DNA of 51,322 nt from Octopus bimaculoides (taxonomy: Eukaryota): contig NC_068993.1 in the NCBI RefSeq assembly GCF_001194135.2, positions 46,906,333 through 46,957,654 of the forward strand, written 5' to 3'. Shown piece by piece: positions 36,806 through 48,080 of the stretch. The notes under the pieces were generated by a model, which worked only from the letters and a program-made list of their open reading frames with translations, did not search any database and was not told where the DNA came from. A program made the translations under genes and the position numbers. The stretch's first letter is position 1. Each line of letters begins with the position of its first letter.

Positions 36806-37860
36806 TTAATAATAATACTAATAAATTCCTTATTTCCACAAGGGTAACATACGGGGACTTTACAAAGATGTGGTGTGGCAAGAAGATGTTCATCGAATGA
36901 AAAATAAGAGAGCAGAAAAGACACGTATTTTTCTAAAGATGAGACAGGTGTGTTTCACATAATAAAGCAAATTCACTGTTCTACTGTACATAAATGATAA
37001 CAACTACTTAATACGTTGCAGTAGTTACAGTCTTTGCAATAAAATTATTTAAGGCAGCTTTCTTTTCTGTCCCGTACAATTACAGCTAGCCATAAATGAG
37101 TACTTGCTGATATAAGTGTGAAAAATGCGTGTGAAACTAGTGTTAGATAAGTTTCAGCAATATTTGTGCACACATTTAAACGACGAGTTGGATTATACCA
37201 GATAGTTTCTTTTTCGGTTTGGTATAATTTCGAATGATTGGTTCTATGTAGTTTTGTTTATCATAAAAAGTAAATCTAACTAATGATCTATCGTTTTATG
37301 GGGAAATTAAAAAAAATATTTCTGTATCCAATTGTTGGCAATAAATGTTATCAGTAATCTTATTAGTAATGTGTAGTTTGACCACGGGCAACTAGTTGCA
37401 TTTCTGATTCATGAATATTGATTTAGTTCTGTTAGGTTCACGGTAAGAATAATACTTGCTTTGTTGCATTTAGGAAATTTACTTTCCATAGCGTTCGTTG
37501 TATGTATTGTAATTTTCACGTCAAAATCTTTTGAAATGCCAGCGTCTTTTTTGAGTTTGTTCTTATCATGTTCGGTTAGAAAAAGGAATACGGTAAATCC
37601 AGTGCCTTTGTAAATTTCTATGATTGTGAATAATACTCTATATGTTTCAATATAATTATAGCATATAATACAACAAAATCCGAAATCGCTGTTCCATTGT
37701 AGCTACCTATGAATACATGGAAAAGCATTTTTCTTGTTTATATCTTAAAAACAATCTTGCATTAATTTCCACATTGGTATAGGTATCGGTTAGAGTGATA
37801 ATTTTTTAAAAAATTCTAAAACATTCGGTAGATCTTTAAAAATGGAGGAGTAATGTTCTA

Positions 37861-38157
37861 CAGGGTGTCCACAAAGCCTGGGTACATGGAGTAAATAAAA
37901 TCATGACATAAACAATTAAATATAAGAAATAATAATTTCTTAAAGTATGTGTTAATCCCCATGTAGGTACATGGAGTAAATAAAATCATGACATAAACAA
38001 TTAGATATAAGAAATAATAATTTCTTAAAGTATGTATTAATCCCCATGTGGGTACATGGAGTAAATAAAATCATAACATAAACAATTAAATATAAGAAAT
38101 AATAATTTCTTAAAGTATGTGTTAATCCCAATATACCCAGACTTCGTGGACACACTG
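37861..38157. mobile_element. Tc1/mariner-type MITE with a triplicated 85-bp core
   Basis: TIRs CAGGGTGTCCACAAAGCCTGGGTA and (reverse complement) CAGTGTGTCCACGAAGTCTGGGTA; TA at 37859-37860 and 38158-38159; internal unit starts at 37881, 37966 and 38051. Confidence 0.92.
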
Positions 38158-39065
38158 TACAACATCAATCTGGTTCAATCTGCTGTCATTTTTTTATCTT
38201 CGACATTATTGAATAACTTGATGTAGCATTGCTTCATTGTCATTAATTAAATGTATTGTATGTCTTATTGTAGTCGTTTATATATGTATATATATATATA
38301 TATATAATATATATATATATAAAGTATCTGCTAAGTATCCCCGATGCACTTTATTTTGCTGTTAAGCCTACACTTTTGACTTTGTGATCCTTTAATGTTA
38401 TGTAGAGGCTACATAAATTCAGGAATTTTACTAGCTCTATAATATACGTAAATGTATGGCTTTCATCATTAATATTCCCTTTCTTACATTTTTCTCTTCC
38501 TCGTCTTTACTTCTATCCTTCCCTAGAACGTTACAAAGAAGGATAATGCCAAACACATCATAATTAACTGTTTCTATTTCTCTGAGCGACGGATTAATAG
38601 ATTTGGTTGTGAACTTATTCAGTTTTGTTCCATTTCTTTTGTTCTTTCTCATTACGTACGTACGTACGTATGTATGTATGTATGTATGTATGTATGTATG
38701 TATGTATGTATGTATTGGTATATATGTGTACGTACTTCTCTATTAGATAACAGTTTGTATCAACTACCACCCGATTCATACTGACTAGTTTGCTCCAACC
38801 CATTTAATTCTTCCTAACTCTATCCGACATAATTTTCAGTCATTTACTATTTTCCTGTTCACTGCCTGCCTTAGCAATTCGACCAAATTAGACCCCGGTA
38901 ATCGTTTGTGTCGCGAAAGCCAGCAATGTTAGTGTTAATCCTAAGCCTTGCCGATTAAACTACGCTAACAACCTATTTGAAAAATTTAATCGTTTGCCAA
39001 ACAACACACTGCCGCTCTCTTCATTTTTCCCTCTCTCTTTCTTTCGCTTTCTTTCTATCTTTCCC

Positions 39066-39097
<32 letters not shown>

Positions 39098-40294
39098 NNN
39101 NNNNNNNNNNNNNNNNNNNNNNNNNNNNNNNNNNNNNNNNNNNNNNNNNNNNNNNNNNNNNNNNNNNNNNNNNNNNNNNNNNNNNNNNNNNNNNNNNNNN
39201 NNNNNNNNNNNNNNNNNNNNNNNNNNNNNNNNNNNNNNNNNNNNNNNNNNNNNNNNNNNNNNNNNNNNNNNNNNNNNNNNNNNNNNNNNNNNNNNNNNNN
39301 NNNNNNNNNNNNNNNNNNNNNNNNNNNNNNNNNNNNNNNNNNNNNNNNNNNNNNNNNNNNNNNNNNNNNNNNNNNNNNNNNNNNNNNNNNNNNNNNNNNN
39401 NNNNNNNNNNNNNNNNNNNNNNNNNNNNNNNNNNNNNNNNNNNNNNNNNNNNNNNNNNNNNNNNNNNNNNNNNNNNNNNNNNNNNNNNNNNNNNNNNNNN
39501 NNNNNNNNNNNNNNNNNNNNNNNNNNNNNNNNNNNNNNNNNNNNNNNNNNNNNNNNNNNNNNNNNNNNNNNNNNNNNNNNNNNNNNNNNNNNNNNNNNNN
39601 NNNNNNNNNNNNNNNNNNNNNNNNNNNNNNNNNNNNNNNNNNNNNNNNNNNNNNNNNNNNNNNNNNNNNNNNNNNNNNNNNNNNNNNNNNNNNNNNNNNN
39701 NNNNNNNNNNNNNNNNNNNNNNNNNNNNNNNNNNNNNNNNNNNNNNNNNNNNNNNNNNNNNNNNNNNNNNNNNNNCACGCACACACACACACAAGCAAAC
39801 ACACACACGCAGGCACGCAAATACATCTGTGTGTGTGTGTGTGTGTGTGGAGAGAACGCGAGAGAGGGAGACATTGTTACACCCTTTCTTTTTCTCTCTC
39901 TCTCGTGCATACACACACGCACGCTCATATGTACATATATATACATCCTCTGTATATATGTACATCTCATTCTGTTTATCTTAATATAACCGTATTTATA
40001 TAGACAAGGAAAGCACAAAAAGAAGATATATAAGATCGGAAGAGCGNNNNNNNNNNNNNNNNNNNNNNNNNNNNNNNNNNNNNNNNNNNNNNNNNNNNNN
40101 NNNNNNNNNNNNNNNNNNNNNNNNNNNNNNNNNNNNNNNNNNNNNNNNNNNNNNNNNNNNNNNNNNNNNNNNNNNNNNNNNNNNNNNNNNNNNNNNNNNN
40201 NNNNNNNNNNNNNNNNNNNNNNNNNNNNNNNNNNNNNNNNNNNNNNNNTATATATATGTATATATATATATGTGTGTGTCCGTGTGTGCGTGTG

Positions 40295-40380
40295 TCCCAC
40301 GCATATATACACAAACCCACAGATCCCACGCATATACACACAAACCCACAGGACCCACGCATATACACACAAACCCAAAC
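40295..40380. repeat. ~28-bp tandem repeat x3 (cccacgcatatacacacaaacccacaga)
   Basis: Directly visible. Confidence 0.8.
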
Positions 40381-40594
40381 ACTCATATATAAACGTCTGA
40401 TACAAACAGGTACCCATACATGCACAAACAACGCCACAATGCGTTAGGTGAAACAATGTAATACAATGTTTAATGAAGTAAACCACACTGAAACTTAACA
40501 ATTAAGCAAGTTGATGAAAGTGAAAAATCTATTTACATCTTGAATATAGCTACTTGCTTGTGTAGCCCTGTGAGACATGAGTATACAAGTGTGG

Positions 40595-40641
<47 letters not shown>

Positions 40642-41843
40642 CATGTATATACATACATATATATATGCATATATACTCTTATATATATACATTTATATGT
40701 ATATATATATATGTATAAATATATACATATATGTATATATGTAATACAAATGATATATGAGCATATGCATGTATACAAACATATATGTACATACCTACAT
40801 CTACATGTATATATAGCTGCATATCCAGGTATAGGACGTCAGAAAAATGAACGGGAACATAAAGCACAAAAACGGACTTTGTTTACAGACCACAGGAAAA
40901 CAGACAAGGCACTTATGGAAATTTTCCTTCATCAGCTGCCTCTATTCTAAACTAGGCGTTTCGAACATGACACAGAACGCGCTCTTAGAATAGCTGTTCC
41001 TGAGTAGTGGATTAACCCATTAAACAGAGGATTCCAAGGTAGCAAACACAAGCCAGGACAAGAAAAATTAGACAGTGAAAACAACATTAAAAGGCCGTAG
41101 GGCCAAACGCGATGAGATATTGAACGCTGTGATATGACGAAGCTGCTTCCTTCTGTTGTCCTTGCTTCTCCCCCTCACTGCTATACATATCTGTCTCTTA
41201 CTCTTCCTCCTTGTCTATCGTCGGTCACCTTTGTTCCACTTCCTCCCTTTTCCTCCCTCCACCACGCCTCGTTGATCACATGTGACCTGTGGTCACTTCT
41301 TCCTTTCTCACCCCATCCAGCATAAAGGCTAGACGAAACTACTATCTCTCTGTTCAGCTCCGTTCAGATCTCAAAATGCATTTCTTTGTATACTTTGAAA
41401 TTTCTGTATATTTCTGTATATTTCTGTATAATAATCAGCACGAAAACCTACCAATCGTTTTGATGTCTTCAAGAAAACGCCATTGGCCGATAATAACTCG
41501 AAAACCAACTTAAGTGTGTGTAATCCATATGCAAATCCTAAATTGATAATCCTTACTTAACCTTGGTGAGATTATTCCTTGTCTATCAAATACAAGCGTT
41601 GCCCACAACGATGTTAATTTTTTAATAGCTGGCAACAATTAAAGCTGCACACAACTCCCAAACACTTAACCCGACAAATCTCGCGGATTAATTCTACTAC
41701 GCATGACAAGTGGCAGCAGGAATATATTTCTATCGAATGTCGCGAGTCTGTCAAATTGTACGTTATATACTAGACTACACAGCTATGTTGTCCGTTCCAC
41801 TACATAAAACGAAAAATCAGAACTTTTGTTGTCGTTCGTTCAC

Positions 41844-41901
41844 CTGTGAACCATAACAAGTGAACCGGCAGACAGAGGCAACCAAATATTCTCGCAGCCA
41901 T
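41844..41901 (-). CDS. Weak candidate first coding exon resembling a signal peptide: MAARIFGCLCLPVHLLWFT(G)
   Basis: ATGG at 41901, 19 codons plus 1 nt, then donor CAG|gtgaac. Basic N-region and hydrophobic core; lies in non-repetitive sequence. Confidence 0.22.
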
Positions 41902-42234
41902 ATATCTTTTCTTCTTTGTTACTTTGATTCAAGACGAGTTAGTTGTACAAATTTACGTCTAGAGACTTCAAGTAACACGGAAATGAGTCAAACTGTCATG
42001 TACATACATACACGCACACACACATATAACAAATGAGTAAATAATAATAACATTTTATAAGTTTAAATCTTATAAGCAATAACCGTGTATTGACTAAAGA
42101 AAATAGTCTAATATTGGGGCAAATAAGCCCCTCGGCGGAAAAAAATTGGGTTTTCCGTACGCATGACACTCGAACGCACAGCTTTATATATTTGTTATAA
42201 GTGTGCTACCATTACAACAGCGTACCCACAAACA

Positions 42235-42700
42235 TAAATGTATGAAAACGGGCTTCCACAATGTTTCTGTCTATTGTATGTCATAGATGCTCTGGTTCTC
42301 CTGGCTTCTGATCTTAGCTGATTGGAAATGTTATCGTGTACATGTTTTGTCATGGTGTAATAGATAGGCTACAGCAAATATTCTGCTCGATACCACAGAT
42401 TTGCTTAGTTGCTTGACTTTAACCAGTTGAGCACACCCGTTAGTGGCTGACGATGTGCATCACTGAACACAAGCAGTAATGGGAGAGCATCATATTCATA
42501 TATTGAGAGGAATTCTTTGGGTTTGAATAATTCACCTTTGTTTCCAAAGGCGTTTCTTTCAATATAAACAACCCTTATTTCGGAACATCTTGAGCGAAAT
42601 GGGCTATTCGACCGGAAGAAAATACTAACTGGGCCCCACCTGCAAGATCAGGCACCATTTATCTTGATGAAACCATAACGTCGCGCACATATGGAAGCTA
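42235..42700. repeat. Probable interspersed repeat (single copy in this window)
   Basis: 'tacagcaaatattctgctc.ataccacagatttgctt...aaccagttgagca...ttagtggctgacgat...ctaactgggccccacctgcaag' is recalled from Octopus interspersed repeats; not verifiable within the window. Confidence 0.4.
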
Positions 42701-42705
42701 TGCCA

Positions 42706-43015
42706 ATGGAAGCTATGACAACACTATGGAATAACAACAGAAAAAATATGGTATAGGCACACGCCAGAAAAGGTTACAGAAAATGAGAAAGTAACTATAC
42801 TATGGGATATGCCAATACACACAGATAGAGAAATTAAGGCCAATATGCTGGATATAGTTGTCAGAGATTACCAAGAAAAAAATGCTTTCTAATAGATGTA
42901 TCAATACGAACAGATGACAACGTTTCTCTAAAAGAAATGGAGAAACTTTCAAAATACAAAGACATGGAAAGGTAACTTGAAATAGAGCTAACTTGAATGT
43001 GGAGTCTAAAAATCG
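42706..43015 (+). mobile_element. R4/NeSL-type LINE fragment (restriction-like endonuclease), disrupted
   Basis: HYGITTEKIWYRHTPEKVTENEKVTILWDMPIHTDREIKANMLDIVVRDYQEK / CFLIDVSIRTDDNVSLKEMEKLSKYKD...LEIELT*MWSLK: a PD..D RLE signature with a frameshift and stops. Confidence 0.9.
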
Positions 43016-43044
43016 CACTCTTATTGTTTCTTTACTTTCTTGAG

Positions 43045-43293
43045 GTGTAACATCAATCATTTAAATAATAATAATAATAATAATAATTCCAAATTTTGCC
43101 ACAAGGGTAGCAATTTGTGGGGAGGAGATGAGTCGATTACATCGACCTCAATGTTCAACTGGTACTTATTTTATTGACCCTGAAAGGATGAAAGGTAAAG
43201 TCAACCTCGGCGGAATTTGAACTCAGAATGTAGCGACAGGCGAAATACCGCTAAACACTTCGTCCGGCGTGCTAACCATTCTGCCAGCTCGCT
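43045..43293 (-). mobile_element. SINE family A copy with (ATT)n tail
   Basis: '(taa)n ttccaaattttgccacaagg...aactggtacttatttt...cctcggcggaatttgaactcagaatg...ctgccagctcgc'. Confidence 0.9.
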
Positions 43294-43809
43294 GATGATG
43301 ATGAAGAAAATAATAATAATAATTATAATAATAACAATAATAATAATAATAATAATAATAATGAAAAATTAGAAGAAGAAGACGATGACGAGAGGGCAAA
43401 AGTTGAAGAACAAAAATGAAGAATGTAAAAGAAAAAAGACACAGCCGGAGATGAAAAGGAAAGGGAGAAAGACAAAGAAAAAAAAATAAAGGAGAGAAAG
43501 AAATACATCAATGAACAAAGAGAAGAAACAAGAAAAAGCAAAGAATTATAACAATAAAACCTTATCTTTTGATAATTTCAAGTTAATTGCAAAAGATGGC
43601 GCCATTAGTCTGAGGAGACTTGAATACTCAGTATAAGATGGTGTGTTAGATAGAAAAGTGACGGCGGTGATCATTTTATAATTTACTCATTTTAGTCTCT
43701 CTCTCTATATATATATGTTTATAGTAGTTTCTTTCTTTCACACTATCATCATCACCCCCTTTCTTATTCTGATTCACTCTTCTATTTGTATATTATAATT
43801 TGAGTACTT

Positions 43810-43851
<42 letters not shown>

Positions 43852-44090
43852 NNNNNNNNNNNNNNNNNNNNNNNNNNNNNNNNNNNNNNNNNNNNNNNNN
43901 NNNNNNNNNNNNNNNNNNGAGAGAGAGAGAGAGAGAGAGTTATGGTGTCAATAAAACCTAAAGGTGTCAGGTAATGATGAGTAAGTGCTACGGACAGACC
44001 ATAGTTAAACTCCAGGTTCGGTGATTATGCGAATAAGCAGTCCAACGTAGGTCATATATCAGCATGTGTATATATATTAAAAAATCTAAG

Positions 44091-44341
44091 GCTGTGAAGA
44101 TATTAGAACATGTATAAATAGAAGGTCTTACATTCTGCCTAAATAATAGGTCTACAAATGCAATATCCTTGCATATCTCACATCTATTTTCATTCCCCCA
44201 CTTCACTCTATATTTCGTATCTTATCTAAATCAACTATTGCTTAACCATCTTCTCACACCGTCTCCGATGAAGGGATATAAAAATATCCTGGAAACAGCT
44301 GTAAGACATTCTATTTATAAATGTTCTAATATCTTCACAGC
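44091..44341. mobile_element. Foldback/MITE-like element with 42-bp terminal inverted repeats
   Basis: 44091-44132 and 44300-44341 are reverse complements with 2 mismatches; the spacer is 167 bp; no clear TSD. Confidence 0.7.
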
Positions 44342-45619
44342 AGTCAAATGACCGCAGTCAAATGACTGAAACAAGTAAAAGAGGGAATTTTGCTGACTAC
44401 TACAGGGTTACCAGCACAAAGTTTTCAAAATGTAGCTCAGTGTAAAAATTTTGCTAATAAATGTATTCACGTATCTATTTGTGTTCTTAATAAACATATT
44501 TATATGCATTTGTGTACGTGCGTACGTGTGTGTGGGTGATCTGTACGTAGGTTAAAATTGTTAATTTAATACGATATTCAATAGTCTTCCATTAAAAAAA
44601 GAAAATAGTCTATTTAACTAGCGAGTAGCAATGTTAAAACAACAACAAAAAAAAAAGAAAAATAGTATATCGTCTTCAAGAGTGATAAAAGTGAATTAAA
44701 ACTAATTCAACATTGATATTGTTCGTAAAACAAAGGTCTTGGTTTTCATTAAATTGCATTAAAATAAAGATGTTCAAACTTGTAAAATTCACGTGAGAGA
44801 GCTTCAATTTTAAAGACAATAAGCACGATGACGAATTTCAAGGAAAACATCTCTGCTTTTCCTAGCAGTTGAAACGACTACATAGAGACATACGACAAGA
44901 AAATTGCATGGTGATATTAAGCCAGGCAAAGACAATGTGTATGCAAATATATTAAACAGGAAGACGCAATCTTCAAATTTAGAATTATGTTATATTTCTT
45001 AGATATTTCTATTTATTGTTGTTTCCTTTTGCTTTATTGTTCTCTTGCAATTAAATTAAGATATTTTCTCCAGGAAAAGATTCGCACTGAAGATTTTTAA
45101 AATCAATTTAACGAATATTCGTAATTTCATGTATGTAACATATAAAATGTGAAATAGTTTCGGCGTACGTTGGCCCCAGTTTCAAATACATGTGTTAGTT
45201 ACCAAGTCACATGAATATACATTAAATTTTGACACAAATACTATCACAAAATATAACGCAAAAAAAATGAAGAGCAAATTTTTACTGAAACAGAATACAT
45301 ATTTAAAACAAATCTCGTATACAAAGACATTATTTAAATGTCTTCACGTACAAACATATTCGCTAAAATACATTTCGAACTCCAATAGTCGACAATTTAA
45401 CGTAGTACAATTCTTACATTTGGAACTTAATGTTACTAGCAGCTCAATTTAATGAAATGCTAGTGTCCATTTTTATTACTCTTTTCCATGTACCGAATAA
45501 TTTTTGAAGTAAATATCAAGACAATATGATTGGTGCTAATTGCTTTCATATAGTAAATATATATTTAAATATATCGAGATATTTATATCTAAATGCAAAC
45601 TAAAACAAAAGAAACTAGT

Positions 45620-45800
45620 GGATACCACTACAGAATACGATTGGACTAATCCGGTGCTGGTTTGTTTACATCCCCATAATCTAGCGGTTCGACAAGGAGA
45701 CCAATCGAATAAATACCAGGGGTCGATTCATTCGACTAAAAATTTTTCAAAGCAGTGCTCCAGCCTGGCCACAGTCTAATGGTTGAAACAACTAAAAGAC
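45620..45800 (+). mobile_element. SINE family D, 3' part
   Basis: 'ggtttgtttacatccccataatctagcggttcg...ggggtcgattcattcgacta...gtgctccagcctggccacagtc'. Confidence 0.75.
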
Positions 45801-46158
45801 AAAAGATTATGACGGGGTTTGGGGGAAATCTGGCTGCTATTTCTAGCAGATCGAGCACCACACAGAGACTCCCTCCCGTAAAGTTCATATGTTTATGTGT
45901 GTCAGAGAAAAAGCGAGATGAAGCGACAGAGAGTGAGTAGATAAGAGAGAAATATAATTAGAAGGGAAGTAATAGATGTACACTCCCAGCTCCCGACTAT
46001 GCAACGTTGGTCGCCAGGTTGCTAAAGAAAATGCCCCTACACATCATTGAAGAAGCAATTTTGATAGATTATGCTAAGACTGAAGAAATCTACACTGGAA
46101 AAAAAGTCCTTTGATCTTGACTGCTGTGCGTTTCAAGTGTAAACGGCTACAAACTTAC

Positions 46159-46299
46159 GTTCACTATAAGAAGGAAGGTATAAGGACAAAGTCTCTGAGT
46201 TCCTGGTATCACTTTGGAATGGCATTGCATTTTCCCACGGTCAAATGTACGCTGTTTTTACTAGCGGTTGAAACAGCAGAAGTTTGTCGTTTTCAGCTC
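46159..46299 (-). other. Candidate spliced exon (141 nt) with one in-frame TGA followed by an ATG
   Basis: Acceptor ggttttctatcag|G and donor AAC|gtaagt. The phase-1 frame reads GAENDKLLLFQPLVKTAYI*PWENAMPFQSDTRNSETLSLYLPSYSE. Confidence 0.3.
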
Positions 46300-46756
46300 C
46301 TGATAGAAAACCTAAGAATATTTTGTACCCTCAGGCCAAGCATTATAATTAAGGCTGCATAACTTTACGAATTTGAAAAAAAAAAAAAAATTTATTCCGA
46401 AAAATTATGTTAGTTAGCAAAGTATTTTCTTTCTAATGTTATCTTTTGCCAGGAAATGTGTCAAACATGTGTAAGAATAAAATCGTATTTTAAAATTTAT
46501 GTTCATTTTGTTGAAGTTCAACTTGGACTATCTTTTTATCTAGAGATATATGAATAATAAATATGAACTCAGACACAGATTTTACTCTGTTCAAAAATAC
46601 ATATTCAGCTGTATTCATACACATTCACACATGGATATACATTCACACATGGATATACATTCACACATATACACACACGCCCTTCATATGTCATATTTCT
46701 ATTATAAAAATGTATGGTTTCAAGTTATATCTAATATCTATCAGATTCGGTCTTTA

Positions 46757-47043
46757 ATAGCTTCAGTCATTGGACTGTGGCCATGTTTGGGTGAGTGGAG
46801 GTTGTTTATGGAAGACCAGCAGTCGCTTATGCATACCAGCCTTCCCTCTCCACTGATGTTGTTCAAGGGAAAGACAATGGCCGATACGGTTGGCACCAGT
46901 GACGTCGCAATTCATTTCCTATAACTGAGTGAAGTGGGGCAACGTAAAACAAAGTATCTTGCTCATGAACACAACACAGCCCGGCCCAGGAATTGAAATC
47001 ACTACTTCATGGTTGTGAGCCCGACGCTCTAACCACTGAGCTG
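46757..47043 (-). mobile_element. SINE family C-like copy
   Basis: The reverse strand starts 'gctcagtggttagagcgtcgggctcacaacc...gatttcaattcctggg...ttgtgttcatgagcaagatac'. Confidence 0.75.
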
Positions 47044-47413
47044 TACTAAGTACTCGTATGTATTTATAATGTTGCAGGAAAGAATTGCAAGACGCACTTT
47101 TCAAACCAAGCCATGTGGCAGGAAACCCCGAGGTAGACCAAAGACGAAGTGGTTGGATAGTATCAGCTGTCTCAGTTGATCACGCTTGAGAATCCAATCG
47201 GAGAGTCTAACGACTATTGCTTATGATAAGGGCTTCATGACTCTACCACTGCAACCTTCTCAGGAATACTGTGTATGTATGGGGAGAGGAGAACATGTAT
47301 GTATGTATGTATGTATGTATGTATGTATGTATGTATGTATGTATGGATGGATGGATGGATGTATTAGAACTTGTAAACCGTAAAGGGTGTAAATAATACA
47401 ACTAGCTAATATA

Positions 47414-47608
47414 GTGGAGGTGCGTGGCTTAGTGGTTAGGCTGTCATGATCGTAAGATTGTGGTTTCGATTCCTGGAGCGGGCGACGCGTTGTGTTCTTG
47501 AGCACAATACTTCATTTGACGTTGCTCCAGTCCACTCAGCTGGCAAAAATGAGTAACGCCGCGATGGACTGGCGTCCCGTCCAACTGGAAAACGCATTTA
47601 TTATTATA
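47414..47608 (+). mobile_element. tRNA-derived SINE, family C, with 11-bp TSD and (TTA)n tail
   Basis: A-box tggcttagtggttagg and B-box ggtttcgattcct; TAGCTAATATA at 47403-47413 and 47609-47619. Confidence 0.9.
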
Positions 47609-48080
47609 TAGCTAATATAACATGTCTATGTGTGTATTACAACAAGCAAAAGGTGAAACGTCTATGTATCTATTTTAGTTTATAAAAAAAGCAATAGGTT
47701 ACAACAGGCAAAATGTCTGAAAATGTTCTACTACTCTTAAAAGGTAGAGATATATGTTGGGTTACACATAATACAATGTAACAGATGTACGTATGAGTTG
47801 AAGGCTGGTAAAATGTAACATATGTAGACGTAGATGTGGGTATGTGTGGTTGAGAAGCTTCTTTACAAACCATGCATACTCTGGTCCAATCCCATTGCGT
47901 GGTACCTTGTATTAGCGTCTTGTACTATGGCCCCGGCCGATCAAAGACCTGTGAGTGGATTTTGAATACAGAAACTAAAAGATGTCATCAAATATATATA
48001 TATATATATATTATGCACGCGCACACATGGCGGTGGGCAACTATGCATACGATTCTGAAAATTGCTGCTACATTACAAAT

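Noticed and set aside
36843-36947. Plus-strand 35-codon exon GNIRGLYKDVVWQEDVHRMKNKRAEKTRIFLKMRQ
   Set aside because: The acceptor and first codons align to a reversed SINE-A tail variant (compare 6700-6757), so it is likely coincidental.
43045-43068. (TAA)n after the RLE fragment as a Dong-like target or tail
   Set aside because: It is better explained as the (ATT)n tail of the adjacent reversed SINE-A.
43590-43605. YY1-like AAGATGGCG motif (similar motifs at 701 and 8933) as a promoter mark
   Set aside because: Short motifs are expected by chance in 51 kb, and there is no other promoter evidence.
44335-44341. CACAGC terminus as a Transib/RAG-like signal
   Set aside because: The orientation is opposite to Transib termini, and there is no nonamer or 5-bp TSD.
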